Shown here: in pieces, positions 29,809 to 39,322 of the stretch | Position numbering within the stretch: position 1 is the first letter of the stretch | Layout: every line of letters starts with the position of its first letter | Assembly (NCBI GenBank): GCA_910586645.1 | Contig: CAJUIS010000003.1 | Coordinates: 75,106 to 139,105, forward strand | Direction of reading: 5' to 3' | DNA from: an uncultured Lachnospiraceae bacterium | GTDB lineage: Bacteria > Bacillota > Clostridia > Lachnospirales > Lachnospiraceae | Length of the DNA stretch: 64,000 bases | Translations under genes and position numbers: made by a program | The notes under the pieces: generated by a model | Seen by the model: only the letters and a program-made list of their open reading frames with translations | What the model was told of the DNA's origin: nothing | The model's database searches: none

Positions 29809-30687
29809 TCAAGGATTGTCAATGTCATTTTTCCTTCTGCGCTTAAAGAACAGCCGCATCACAGATATAATCAGGAATGTTACGGCAAGCCCAAGCAGCA
29901 GGTAAAACATATAATAATTACGGATGGACTGCAGCATCGTGTCCGTGATGCCCGTCGCTTCCTCCTCGCCCGAATACGGCACCCTCGTGCCGCGAACCAG
30001 AAGCCTGTGGGAATTCACGCCGTACGGCGTACAGGTAAACAGCGTCACCTGATCTTTCCCTTCCTCAATGCAAAGCGCCTCTTCCAGCGTTTCGGAATCA
30101 TCCTTATCTACCATTGGAAGAATCTGATCCACCTGATAGGCCAGAATCTCATCCAGTATATGGATATAAAACTGATCGCCCCGTTCCAGCTGATCGACGT
30201 CGGTAAAGAGCCTTGCGCTTGGAAGCCCTCTGTGCGCCGCAAGCACACTGTGCGTACTCTCTCCGCCAACCGGAAGCTTCGTTCCCGCAAGATGCCCGAT
30301 TCCCGTCTGCAGAAGCTCCTCTGAAGTCCCATGGTAAACGGCAAGCCTGATATTGATTTTCGGTATGGACAGATAGCCCATAATGCCGTCTCCCGCCACA
30401 TTTAAAATTTTCCAGTATTCGGAATCCGCCATATCGTTGTCATTCGATACGCCAAACACATCTCCATAGAGATTGTTCCGTGTCAGAGAAGCATTAAAGT
30501 TTCTGGCCGCTTCCCATTCCTTACTGAAATCTTCCGGCGTCAATTCCGCCAGAGTATCCTCATAGGTACTGATTAACTGGCTCTGCCGATAGGTATTCCA
30601 CTGGTCGGATATCGTAGGATAAGCCAGAATCCCAAACCCTACCAGAAACAAAAGCCCAAACAGAATGCCTGAAATTTTTCTCATCAT
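29809..30687 (-). CDS. srtC: Class C (pilus) sortase
   Basis: YP.ISD.WN; lid-like DVF; GHLAGTKLPVGG..HSVLAAHRG; TLFTCTPYGVNSHRLLVRG; C-terminal TM. Confidence 0.95.
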   Translation of the reverse strand: MMRKISGILFGLLFLVGFGILAYPTISDQWNTYRQSQLISTYEDTLAELTPEDFSKEWEAARNFNASLTRNNLYGDVFGVSNDNDMADSEYWKILNVAGDGIMGYLSIPKINIRLAVYHGTSEELLQTGIGHLAGTKLPVGGESTHSVLAAHRGLPSARLFTDVDQLERGDQFYIHILDEILAYQVDQILPMVDKDDSETLEEALCIEEGKDQVTLFTCTPYGVNSHRLLVRGTRVPYSGEEEATGITDTMLQSIRNYYMFYLLLGLAVTFLIISVMRLFFKRRRKNDIDNP

Positions 30688-30718
30688 ATCATGTCTGCTC
30701 CCTCATGTCTGTCATAAA

Positions 30719-31744
30719 TTATGGTTCTTCATCCTTTGTATTTCCATCATACGCTTTATATCCTTTGAACTCGTCGTTGTCTGTATATTCCCGGTAGCCT
30801 TTGTAATCCTTATTGTCGGCATATTCCTGGTATTCCCTGTGCGCTATGCCGTTTGAGGGAACTGTCATTCCCGGCCCCACAAAAGACGCCGCTTTCTTTC
30901 TTTTTCTTTCCCTCATGTAAAGCAATATGATAAATATACCTGTAACCGCAAGCCCTACAATTACCCACAGCAGATAACTTGTGCGCGGACTTACGCCAAA
31001 CAAAGCCTTCGGCACGTCTTCCATTGCCGATTCCACATATTCCACCCGGTGTCCCCGGACCAAAAGCCTGTGACTGTTGACACTGTAAGGCGTGCAGGTA
31101 AGAAGCGTAACCAAATCCTGTCCGTCCTCTACCACAAGCGCGCTTGTATCTTCCGGTTCCGCAGTCGTAATCTTATCTACCTGATAGCAAAGCGTATCAT
31201 CTAATATTTTCAGGAGAAAATGATCCCCTTTTTCTATTTTATCAAGATCTGTAAACAAAGTCGCGCTGGGCAGACCCCTGTGTGCGGAAATTACGGAGTG
31301 CGTATTTGCGCCTCCAACCGGAAGGGAGCTTCCTTCAAGATGGCCTGCTGCCACCTGCAGCACTTCTTCTTCCGTCGTGTGGAAAATCGGAAGTTTTACG
31401 TCAATCTTCGGTATTTCCACATAACCCATCATCCCGTTTCCCGTCAGGTTCAGACAAGTCATATATGAGCCGTTTTCATCCGTCGCCGCCGCAACGGCAA
31501 AGGAATCCGGCAGGATACTGGGCAAGAGCGCCTGATTATACGCATTCGCATTGCTCCACTGTTCTTCGTAATCAATCTGGCCGGAAGAAACCATTTCTTC
31601 CACTGCCGTATCGTATGTACTCGCTAACTGTGACTGTCTGTAATTGTTCCACTGATTTGCTATAAATGGGTACAGCAATAAGGACAAACCGGCCAGAAAT
31701 AAAATCGAAACGAATATAATGCTTTTATTTATTTTTATTTTCAT
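30719..31744 (-). CDS. srtC: Class C (pilus) sortase
   Basis: Lid-like DSF; GHLEGSSLPVGG..HSVISAHRG; TLLTCTPYSVNSHRLLVRG; TM then Tyr-rich tail. Confidence 0.95.
   Translation of the reverse strand: MKIKINKSIIFVSILFLAGLSLLLYPFIANQWNNYRQSQLASTYDTAVEEMVSSGQIDYEEQWSNANAYNQALLPSILPDSFAVAAATDENGSYMTCLNLTGNGMMGYVEIPKIDVKLPIFHTTEEEVLQVAAGHLEGSSLPVGGANTHSVISAHRGLPSATLFTDLDKIEKGDHFLLKILDDTLCYQVDKITTAEPEDTSALVVEDGQDLVTLLTCTPYSVNSHRLLVRGHRVEYVESAMEDVPKALFGVSPRTSYLLWVIVGLAVTGIFIILLYMRERKRKKAASFVGPGMTVPSNGIAHREYQEYADNKDYKGYREYTDNDEFKGYKAYDGNTKDEEP
30761..30832 (-). repeat. Degenerate 36-bp tandem duplication in the sortase C-terminal tail
   Basis: Encodes YQEYADNKDYKG / YREYTDNDEFKG. Confidence 0.8.
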
Positions 31745-31773
31745 CCGGACTCTCCTTAATGTTGTATTTTTAT

Positions 31774-31800
31774 ACCGGGGCGGAACTGGCCCGCCCCGGT
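31774..31800 (-). other. GC-rich 10-bp stem-loop between backbone pilin and srtC, no U-tract
   Basis: ACCGGGGCGG-7 nt-CCGCCCCGGT followed on the coding strand by ATAAAAAT. Confidence 0.75.
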
Positions 31801-31842
31801 CTGAAAATAGTTTACTTCAATTTTCCCCTTCTGAAACTTAAA

Positions 31843-33639
31843 TTATTTTGCAGATTTTTTACGGCTTGCAAAGAATAAACCTGCTGCAACAATCATAATC
31901 AGGCAGCCGCCGATTGTGAAGATTGTTGTACCGATACCACCGGTAGATGGAAGCGCGCTCATCTTGGTATTTGGAATAACTATGCCCAAAAGCGCAGTAC
32001 CATTGCCTGCTTTATCGTTTTCCTCAACTGTCTCTAATGTCGTTGTCGTATGAGTCTCAGATTTTACATATGCAGCCTTTGCATCGTCTGATGGTTTTTC
32101 ACTGTAGAAAACGTTGTTTAAAATCCAGCCAACCTGAATTCCGTTCATGCTTTCATTTGCATCGGTTGTGTATTTTCTTGTTGTTACTGTCTGTTCTACT
32201 TTCTTCGTTGCCGTTGTCCAGTTAGCGGTTATTTCATATACCTCTTCATTCAGTGTATATCCTTCCGGAGCCTGAATCTCTTTTACATAGTACGTGCCTG
32301 TAGCTACCTGTGTAGATACTGCATAACCATTTTCATTTGTAATTACTACATCTACCAATTGTGTGCACTCTTCATCTTTATAAATTCCAAAGATTGCGCC
32401 TGCAAGAGCTGCTGCGTCATCGCCTTCTCCCTTTTTCTGGAATGCCAGCTGATATGTGTAAACAATCTCTTCTTTTTCTTTCTGATCTAATCCGTTTGCT
32501 TCATCCGGAGTCGGAACTACTTCCGGATCCTCCCATGTCTGGCCTACATTCGGGTCACGTGTGAAAATCAATGTAGCTTTATTTATATTTCCTTCCATAC
32601 CAACTACAGCGTCTTCATTTACACGAGCCTGATAAGTAACATTAATCCTTTTAGAGTCAATTACGCCGTTCGCTCCTGCAAGAGCTTCTGAAAGAGCATC
32701 ATACTGAAATGCCAGGTTAAAGCCTACTACTTTTTCATTTTCTTTCACTTCCATTGCCTTGGCAATTACCGTGTTATTATATGTAATGTTTCCATTTTCA
32801 ACATCAACCGGATATGCAGTGCCATCAATCATAATTGTCAATGACTTATAATCAAATGTTAAACCTTTGCTCATTCTATCAGTGATGAATAATGTTTTAT
32901 TGATTGCGTTCTCCGGATAATACGGTATGGTTGGCGTTACATTATAAGTAATTACACTGCCCAAAGAAGCTGTATGCTGACTGTCATTGTCACTGTGCGC
33001 CTCTTTATCTTTGATTTCCACATCTTCGATAACTACCTTTGATTTGTCTACATCAATCTGTTTATCAATATCCTGCTCGCTTCTTTTTACAGTTCCGTCT
33101 GCAGCATATAGTGCGGTAGCTGTATCAATATCTCCAGCCTCTAAATTACCGTTTGCATTATAGGTTACTGCCAGGAAAAGAGGATTGTAGATATATTTTC
33201 CGCTTCCTTTAATCACTGCAATATAAGCGCCTGCGCCTACATTTGCGATATATTTTCCATTCCCGTCTGTTGTTCCGCCTGTTACTACTGTAGCTTTAAT
33301 AGAACCGCTTGCAATTCCTGCTGAAACACTGTTTACCCATTCTTCATTAGGAGCCGATGTTGTAGGCAGAGTTCCAATCTCCTTAATTCCAGCTACCCAC
33401 TCAAGGCCATTATAACCTTTTGTATTATTCTGGTCATAAAGTCCACTTGCAATTTGGTACAGCGTTACTGTAGCCTCCGTGTTGTCTTCCTTCAATCCTG
33501 AGATTGTTACATTTGCCTTGTCATTAGCTGAAGGTACGGCTCCATTTAAGTTTTCCGTTTCTGCAAACGCCGTAATGCTCATTCCAAGCACCATGACAAG
33601 CGCCAACAACATTGCTGCTAATCTTTTCATCTTTTTCAT
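31843..33639 (-). CDS. Backbone (major) pilin, SpaH/EbpC-like
   Basis: Signal peptide ending AFA; ITDRMSKGLT, VTYQARVN, N.A.L, VYTY; E-box GTYYVKEIQAPEGY; LPSTGGIG, TM, RKK. Confidence 0.92.
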   Translation of the reverse strand: MKKMKRLAAMLLALVMVLGMSITAFAETENLNGAVPSANDKANVTISGLKEDNTEATVTLYQIASGLYDQNNTKGYNGLEWVAGIKEIGTLPTTSAPNEEWVNSVSAGIASGSIKATVVTGGTTDGNGKYIANVGAGAYIAVIKGSGKYIYNPLFLAVTYNANGNLEAGDIDTATALYAADGTVKRSEQDIDKQIDVDKSKVVIEDVEIKDKEAHSDNDSQHTASLGSVITYNVTPTIPYYPENAINKTLFITDRMSKGLTFDYKSLTIMIDGTAYPVDVENGNITYNNTVIAKAMEVKENEKVVGFNLAFQYDALSEALAGANGVIDSKRINVTYQARVNEDAVVGMEGNINKATLIFTRDPNVGQTWEDPEVVPTPDEANGLDQKEKEEIVYTYQLAFQKKGEGDDAAALAGAIFGIYKDEECTQLVDVVITNENGYAVSTQVATGTYYVKEIQAPEGYTLNEEVYEITANWTTATKKVEQTVTTRKYTTDANESMNGIQVGWILNNVFYSEKPSDDAKAAYVKSETHTTTTLETVEENDKAGNGTALLGIVIPNTKMSALPSTGGIGTTIFTIGGCLIMIVAAGLFFASRKKSAK

Positions 33640-33752
33640 TCTTTTTCTTCCTTTCTTTTCGGGTCCTTCCCCTTATTTTTTTGTTGTTAATACTGTGTTC
33701 CTTTTGTTATAGTACTTTTTCGGCACAGGAAGCGCCAATTCCCATTACTTCA

Positions 33753-36700
33753 TCAGCACCTCCCTGCACTATTTTTTTTATATAAGACCAGCGCGGCTGC
33801 AATCATCAGCAGCGTACCGCCAATCGAATACCAATAGATTCCAGAACCTCCCGCGCTTGGAAGCGCATAGAATGGTTCGTCGTTGAAGTAATACGTTACT
33901 TCTCCGTCAGTTCCCGTAATCTTGTCAGTTTCTTTTAAATCCACTTCGTTCCCTGCGCTGTCAAGCTGTTTTACGGAAGGAACCGCCCCGTCTGAGGTGA
34001 AATAAAGTTTCCACTGCACTTCGCTTAACGCATAGCCTGTGGGCGCCTTCGTCTCCTTCATCGTATATTCGCCGGCTTCGATTTCATAACGGGTAACTAC
34101 CTGATTTTTAATTACATTCGTCCAGATGATTTCCCCTTTTTCATTAGTAACTCCCGTATAGGCATTATATGGAGTTTCGTTTATGTCTTTCTTTTCCAGA
34201 ACGAATTCAGCTCCTGCCAGTAACAGGTTTTCCTGTGCAGTTGTGGAACTTCTCTTGATAAGATTCCAGTCCCTGAGCTGGTTGGTAACTATAACCTGAG
34301 CTGTGCCAACGAGAAGCAGTCCGTCGGATAAAATCGTCTGGTCGCTGTTCTCTACGGAATTATCCGGTTTAAAAAGCCCTCCCAGCTCTTTCTTCGGCAT
34401 TCCTTTGCTGCCGACCACATATTTATTTGAATCCAGATAATCTATATTATTTGCATCCTTGCCTTCCGACAATTCCGCCGCATAGAACGCCGTGCCTTCC
34501 GGCTTATGGCCAAGCACAATCGTGTACCGATAGGACGGAAGCGTTATGATTCCGCCTGCCGCTTTGCCGCATGACTTCGCATTGCTTACGTCTTTTGTTT
34601 CCGGTATCGTCTTCGCCAGTTTCTTCCCGCCTGTCGTAATGTCATCGACATACTCATAGAAAAATCCTTCTGCATCCCTTAAGTAAAATTCTTCTGTATA
34701 TGGCTCAAGCGTTTTGCTTGATAAATTTTCCATATATACAAGGAAGCTGTATTTCTCATTTATAACAGGAGAATTCTCTGAAACCGGTATTTCCACACCT
34801 TTACTGTCAAGGACTTTCTTTGTAATCTCAAGGTTTCCATATGTCTTTCCGGTGTTCGTTACGGTAATCGAAATAACCGTATGATGGCCAACCATGCCTT
34901 CCACTCTCTTTGGAGGCGGATCTGCATTTACAATATGCTGGTTCTCCATCTGAAGCGCCGCGTCTCCTGTACTGGAATCCTCAGCCGGATTGTCTTCCGC
35001 ATTATCTCCGCCAGAGATATCCCCGCTTCCGGTCTCTTCTCCCGGCGTTTCTGCTCCGCCGGTCTCTTCTTCCGGCCCCTCTGTCTCGCCGGACGCACCT
35101 TCCGACGTCTCCAGATCTTCGGGTTCTTTGCTGTGATCCAAATCCCAGATGTCTTCTTCGACGTTTTCGTCCAGAAGTTCATCAAATGCACGGCTCTTCT
35201 TTTTCTCTGACGTCTTCTGATCCGGCATTGTCTGCCCCAGTTGTTCCATGATCCGCGCCTTTTTCTGCGCTTCCTGCTCCTTAGGCGTATCTCTTGTTGT
35301 AATATTGTATTCTACGTCAAACCCTTCCGCTGAAGCCGACGTCTCCTGCACCGTATATTTACTGCCCGCCAGGATATTAACAATCTCAGCTTTCTCTCCG
35401 CTCTTCAGAGAGATAACGCCTGCCGTCGCTACAGTTTTCTGTTCTGCGGAACCGTCCGCACGGCTTAATGTATACGGCGTTCCGGCCGGAACAGGCTCTC
35501 CGTCTAAGGTTACTGCAAAATCAAATGTCTTGTCAACTCCAACCTTGCTGTCCACAACATTCTTTAAAATTTCAAGGCTTCCGGTTTTGTCAAAGTCGAC
35601 CTTGTTTTCAAATTTAAAGGTTGTTACATCTCCGGCGTCTATATTCAATATCGGACTGTCCGCGCCCATGAACTGTTCGCCGCCGACTGTAACGCCTTGC
35701 AAATCCACTGTTTGCGTCGTGCCGCCGATTGTAATATGGGCTCCGTACTGTTCAAATGCCCTTACATCCAAAAGCTCCCGGACAAAATATTCGCCGCTGT
35801 CAGCGTCTATATCTTTGATAATCGCCATTTCTCCCGACTTCAGCCTGATGATGCCGTTTTTATCAACGGTTCCGTCTTTGCCCGTGTCTTTTCCGTTCAG
35901 GTCATATATATCATATTCCTTGTCTGGTTTTACATACAGATCATTTGGAATTGACGCTTCTTTTCCATGCACGCTTTTATCCAGCACCTGGAATTCGAAG
36001 TCCGGATTGCCAAGCGCTTCCTGATTGCCATCCGTGATTACTTCCTTGCCTACCGCGATAGAATTTTTCGGCACTACCGGGAAGTTAAAGTTGATCCGGC
36101 ATACGCTGGAACCTGCGCCCCGCTCCATATAATAAAATTTAAAATCATGCGTCGTATAGTCTTTAAAGGTTGTAAGTTTTCCGTTTTCTTCTTTGAGAAG
36201 CTCTCTTGCCTTTGCTCCTCCGTCCTTATACGCAGCCGTAATAATTTCTTCGAAGGTATAGGTCTTTTCCACCGCTCCTGTCGATTTTCCGGTAATTGCC
36301 CCCAGAGGTTCTGCAGCATAGGAATGAAAACCATAATAAGTAACTGTTCCTCTGGTAAAATCTATTGTGCCCGCCACGTGACGGTGAATTCCGGACAAAT
36401 CCAAAAGCAGCGTTCCATCCACATAAACCCAGACGTCGTCGTCTCCGGCAAATTCGAATTTTACATCCAGTTCTTTTTTGTCTTCCCCTTTATAGATTTT
36501 TCCGTTTTTCGGCTGCAGGTAATTCATCTCCATGCTCATACCGAAAAAGAAATCTTTCGGTATATCATAATCAATGTTATATAATTTTGCGCCGGCGTCC
36601 ATAGCTTTATTAATCCATGAATCCGATTTATTCACTCCGCCGTTGTCCGCCTTTGTCGCCTCAAAATATTTATTGATTACTGTTTTTCCGTCCCAGTCTT

Positions 36701-39293
36701 TATTTCCGACTCCTCCATTCTGGGAACCGTCCATAGCGCTAATGAAACTGCTCAGAGAAGCATTCATCGCTCCGTATGCAGTTCCAAGACCGTCTGCATT
36801 CGCTTCGGCTTTCGCCTTCGCCGAATCCCTCATATCAACAAAATACTGCCTTGTAATATCCGACGTTATCGTTGCGCCGTCTGTGATGCTGTTAAACGGC
36901 ATAAAGTTTCCAAAAGGATACATAGCGTAGTTCGGCGTCAGCAGCGCGTCATACAGCACAAACCTGTCGCCGCTCAACTGCGCATGGAATTTCCGGCTGT
37001 CAAATTCATATCCTCCCGTAACGGAATCTTCAATAAACAAACCGTCCAGTCCGGAACCGGCTAATGTTGCATAAGAGCCTTCGCTGAACAGATAATCCAA
37101 ATTTGTTCCGTTTGACAATTCCGGATACCCGTTGGCTCCCAGTATTTTCTTCATAGGGCTGAATTCTCCCCAGAGAGCGCTGCTGCTGTATCCTTTATTT
37201 CCGCCAATCGTTGCATTATCTTTTGTCGGGCCATATGCCGGGCGCAGCGCATTGATACTGTTAATCGGCGTTTCACTTGCCGTAACAAGGCTTCTGCCGT
37301 CCGCCGCATAATCCGTCACAACATTATCACCGAAATTATATGCTGTGCCTTTGGTCAGATTAACTTCCCCTAAGGTTCCATAATCCTGCTGAAATCCCGG
37401 ATACTTATTCGTATATCTTTTGTCGCTGTTTACCGGACAGCGGCTGTTGATATTTGAACCATAATTAAACACTTTGATGTCAACAATATCTTTCGTTGAC
37501 GCCGACTGCAGCTTCGGAATTGAATTCGTTCCGCGCGCCATCAGCTCTCTTTCTCCAAACGCGACCGTTCCATACGCCGCCGCTCTGGCTTCATTCGGCT
37601 GCTCCGCATATTCGAAATCAAGCGATACGTAATCGTTTGCGGCCACTTCAGCCATATCGTTCGCTGTCGCCGTGCCGTGAGAGAAAAGGACGAATCTTTC
37701 CGGCGTAAGCTCAAGCGTAAGCTTCTGTTCCACTGTGTCTTCTCCGGCCGGTATCACATCCCTGACAATGAGATCCGATTCATTTTCCTTCTCAATCACC
37801 CATGCCGTCCACTGTGCAAACGCATCGTTTCCAACTACGTCCGCGACAGTTCCGGTTTCCGCATAGATGAGTGCCGTCGTGTTGACCGGGCCCATCGTAT
37901 TAATCGCATTGACCTGGACTTTCTTTTCATCGGAAACCGTCATCATAGCCGATTCCCAGAAAGCGGAAAGCTCCGCCAGTTTTTCGGAATTCACTACATA
38001 TTTCTGTAAATCCAAATCCTTTATGGAATTTAAATCTTCAAAGTATGCATAAGCCAGATTTGCCTGGAAAGCCGTTTCCGCATAATACGCTTCCTGCGCG
38101 TCGATGTCTCCCGCTTCGTCGTATGCATGCATCTGAGCTTCAATCTCCGCATAAGCCGGAAGAGCGTCAATCATTGCGTCCACTTTCAAAATCCGCTCTT
38201 TGTCTTCTTCCGTCACTTCCGTCCCGATGTAGCAGCCATATTCATGCTCATGCCCTTCAATTCCGCAGAATACCGGCATCCTGCATCTCTGTATATGCGT
38301 ATGCTCTTCCTGTCCGCAGGTCAGGTTTCCATTCTCGTCATAACACGCTTCTGTATGCGCATGTTCTTTTCTGCCGCAGGTATACGTAGCGTCAAAGCAT
38401 TCCTCCGTATGCGTATGCTCTGCTTTTCCGCAGGTTTCTTTCAGCTCGTAACATTCATCCGTATGTACGTGTCCTTCAGCCGTTCCCGAATCCGCCGGAT
38501 TCTGTTCCGCCGGAGGCTGTTCTGTCGGGTTCTGCTCTGCCGGAGGCTGCTCCGCTGGATTCTGTTCCGCCGGAGGCTGCTGTGTTTCCTGACCGTTTCC
38601 TGCAGGCGCCTCTTCCTTGCCGCAGGTCAGTTCTTTTGACGTCTCATAGCATCCGTCTTCATGCTTATGCGCTCCTGCGCCTTCTTCTTTGCCGCAGGTA
38701 AGCTCCCGGTTTTCCGTTACCGTATAGCATCCGTCTTCATGCTTATGCTCTTCCGTCTCTTCCTTGCCGCAGGTCAGTTCTTTCTTTTCCGTTACCGCAT
38801 AGCAGTCGTCCGTATGCGTATGTCCGCCGTTTTCTTCCTGCGTGCAGGTCAGCGTTTTCTTTTCGGTATAGCACGCCTCCGTATGCGTATGGCCTGCCGC
38901 CTGCGACGCTTCCGCGCCTTTTGGAGCTTCCGCTTCAGGCGTTTTGCCTTCTGTCAAAGTCTCGTTTTGGGCCGGAGCTTCACCCTGCGCGGGAGCTTCT
39001 TCATTCTGCACCGGGGTTTCCGCCTGCGCGCCGTCTGCCGCAGCTCCCCCTGAAGCCGCCGTTTCGTTATCGTATCCGCAAATCAGAACTTTTTCATAGC
39101 ACTCGTCCGCATGCTCATGTTCTTCCATTCCGCAGTACGATTCTTTTTCCAGTGTAGACGCCGGCCTCGCCAGCATAAACACCGTACCAGCGACCAGAAC
39201 GACTGCCAGTATGGCCGCTGCCCCTTTCCACTTGCTTCTTTTTTTCCTTTCCTGCAGGTTTTTCCCTGCTTTCTTTAAAATAGAAGATTCCAT
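33753..39293 (-). CDS. Giant tip pilin/adhesin (His-Cys repeats, fibro-slime/PA14-like domain, CnaB-like domains, LPSAG anchor)
   Basis: Long basic signal; HxHxxxC repeats; FEFAGDDDVWVYVDG.LLLDLSGIH; FYYMERG; E-box GEYTMKETKAPTGY; LPSAGGSG, TM, KK. Confidence 0.88.
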   Translation of the reverse strand: MESSILKKAGKNLQERKKRSKWKGAAAILAVVLVAGTVFMLARPASTLEKESYCGMEEHEHADECYEKVLICGYDNETAASGGAAADGAQAETPVQNEEAPAQGEAPAQNETLTEGKTPEAEAPKGAEASQAAGHTHTEACYTEKKTLTCTQEENGGHTHTDDCYAVTEKKELTCGKEETEEHKHEDGCYTVTENRELTCGKEEGAGAHKHEDGCYETSKELTCGKEEAPAGNGQETQQPPAEQNPAEQPPAEQNPTEQPPAEQNPADSGTAEGHVHTDECYELKETCGKAEHTHTEECFDATYTCGRKEHAHTEACYDENGNLTCGQEEHTHIQRCRMPVFCGIEGHEHEYGCYIGTEVTEEDKERILKVDAMIDALPAYAEIEAQMHAYDEAGDIDAQEAYYAETAFQANLAYAYFEDLNSIKDLDLQKYVVNSEKLAELSAFWESAMMTVSDEKKVQVNAINTMGPVNTTALIYAETGTVADVVGNDAFAQWTAWVIEKENESDLIVRDVIPAGEDTVEQKLTLELTPERFVLFSHGTATANDMAEVAANDYVSLDFEYAEQPNEARAAAYGTVAFGERELMARGTNSIPKLQSASTKDIVDIKVFNYGSNINSRCPVNSDKRYTNKYPGFQQDYGTLGEVNLTKGTAYNFGDNVVTDYAADGRSLVTASETPINSINALRPAYGPTKDNATIGGNKGYSSSALWGEFSPMKKILGANGYPELSNGTNLDYLFSEGSYATLAGSGLDGLFIEDSVTGGYEFDSRKFHAQLSGDRFVLYDALLTPNYAMYPFGNFMPFNSITDGATITSDITRQYFVDMRDSAKAKAEANADGLGTAYGAMNASLSSFISAMDGSQNGGVGNKDWDGKTVINKYFEATKADNGGVNKSDSWINKAMDAGAKLYNIDYDIPKDFFFGMSMEMNYLQPKNGKIYKGEDKKELDVKFEFAGDDDVWVYVDGTLLLDLSGIHRHVAGTIDFTRGTVTYYGFHSYAAEPLGAITGKSTGAVEKTYTFEEIITAAYKDGGAKARELLKEENGKLTTFKDYTTHDFKFYYMERGAGSSVCRINFNFPVVPKNSIAVGKEVITDGNQEALGNPDFEFQVLDKSVHGKEASIPNDLYVKPDKEYDIYDLNGKDTGKDGTVDKNGIIRLKSGEMAIIKDIDADSGEYFVRELLDVRAFEQYGAHITIGGTTQTVDLQGVTVGGEQFMGADSPILNIDAGDVTTFKFENKVDFDKTGSLEILKNVVDSKVGVDKTFDFAVTLDGEPVPAGTPYTLSRADGSAEQKTVATAGVISLKSGEKAEIVNILAGSKYTVQETSASAEGFDVEYNITTRDTPKEQEAQKKARIMEQLGQTMPDQKTSEKKKSRAFDELLDENVEEDIWDLDHSKEPEDLETSEGASGETEGPEEETGGAETPGEETGSGDISGGDNAEDNPAEDSSTGDAALQMENQHIVNADPPPKRVEGMVGHHTVISITVTNTGKTYGNLEITKKVLDSKGVEIPVSENSPVINEKYSFLVYMENLSSKTLEPYTEEFYLRDAEGFFYEYVDDITTGGKKLAKTIPETKDVSNAKSCGKAAGGIITLPSYRYTIVLGHKPEGTAFYAAELSEGKDANNIDYLDSNKYVVGSKGMPKKELGGLFKPDNSVENSDQTILSDGLLLVGTAQVIVTNQLRDWNLIKRSSTTAQENLLLAGAEFVLEKKDINETPYNAYTGVTNEKGEIIWTNVIKNQVVTRYEIEAGEYTMKETKAPTGYALSEVQWKLYFTSDGAVPSVKQLDSAGNEVDLKETDKITGTDGEVTYYFNDEPFYALPSAGGSGIYWYSIGGTLLMIAAALVLYKKNSAGRC
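38229..39134 (-). repeat. Ten C-x(n)-H-x-H-x3-C-(Y/F) repeats in the adhesin N-terminus
   Basis: e.g. CGMEEHEHADECY, CGKEETEEHKHEDGCY, CGKAEHTHTEECF, CGRKEHAHTEACY, CGIEGHEHEYGCY. Confidence 0.9.
38491..38580 (-). repeat. Three tandem 30-bp repeats (QPPAEQNPA/TE)
   Basis: tccgccggattctgttccgccggaggctgt and two near-identical copies. Confidence 0.9.
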
Positions 39294-39322
39294 TCGGAAT
39301 ACCTCCTTTTTCGCTTAATCTA

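Noticed and set aside
38491..38880. Repeats as a CRISPR array or DGR template/variable pair
   Set aside because: They are in-frame coding repeats with degenerate third positions; no unique spacers, cas genes or reverse transcriptase
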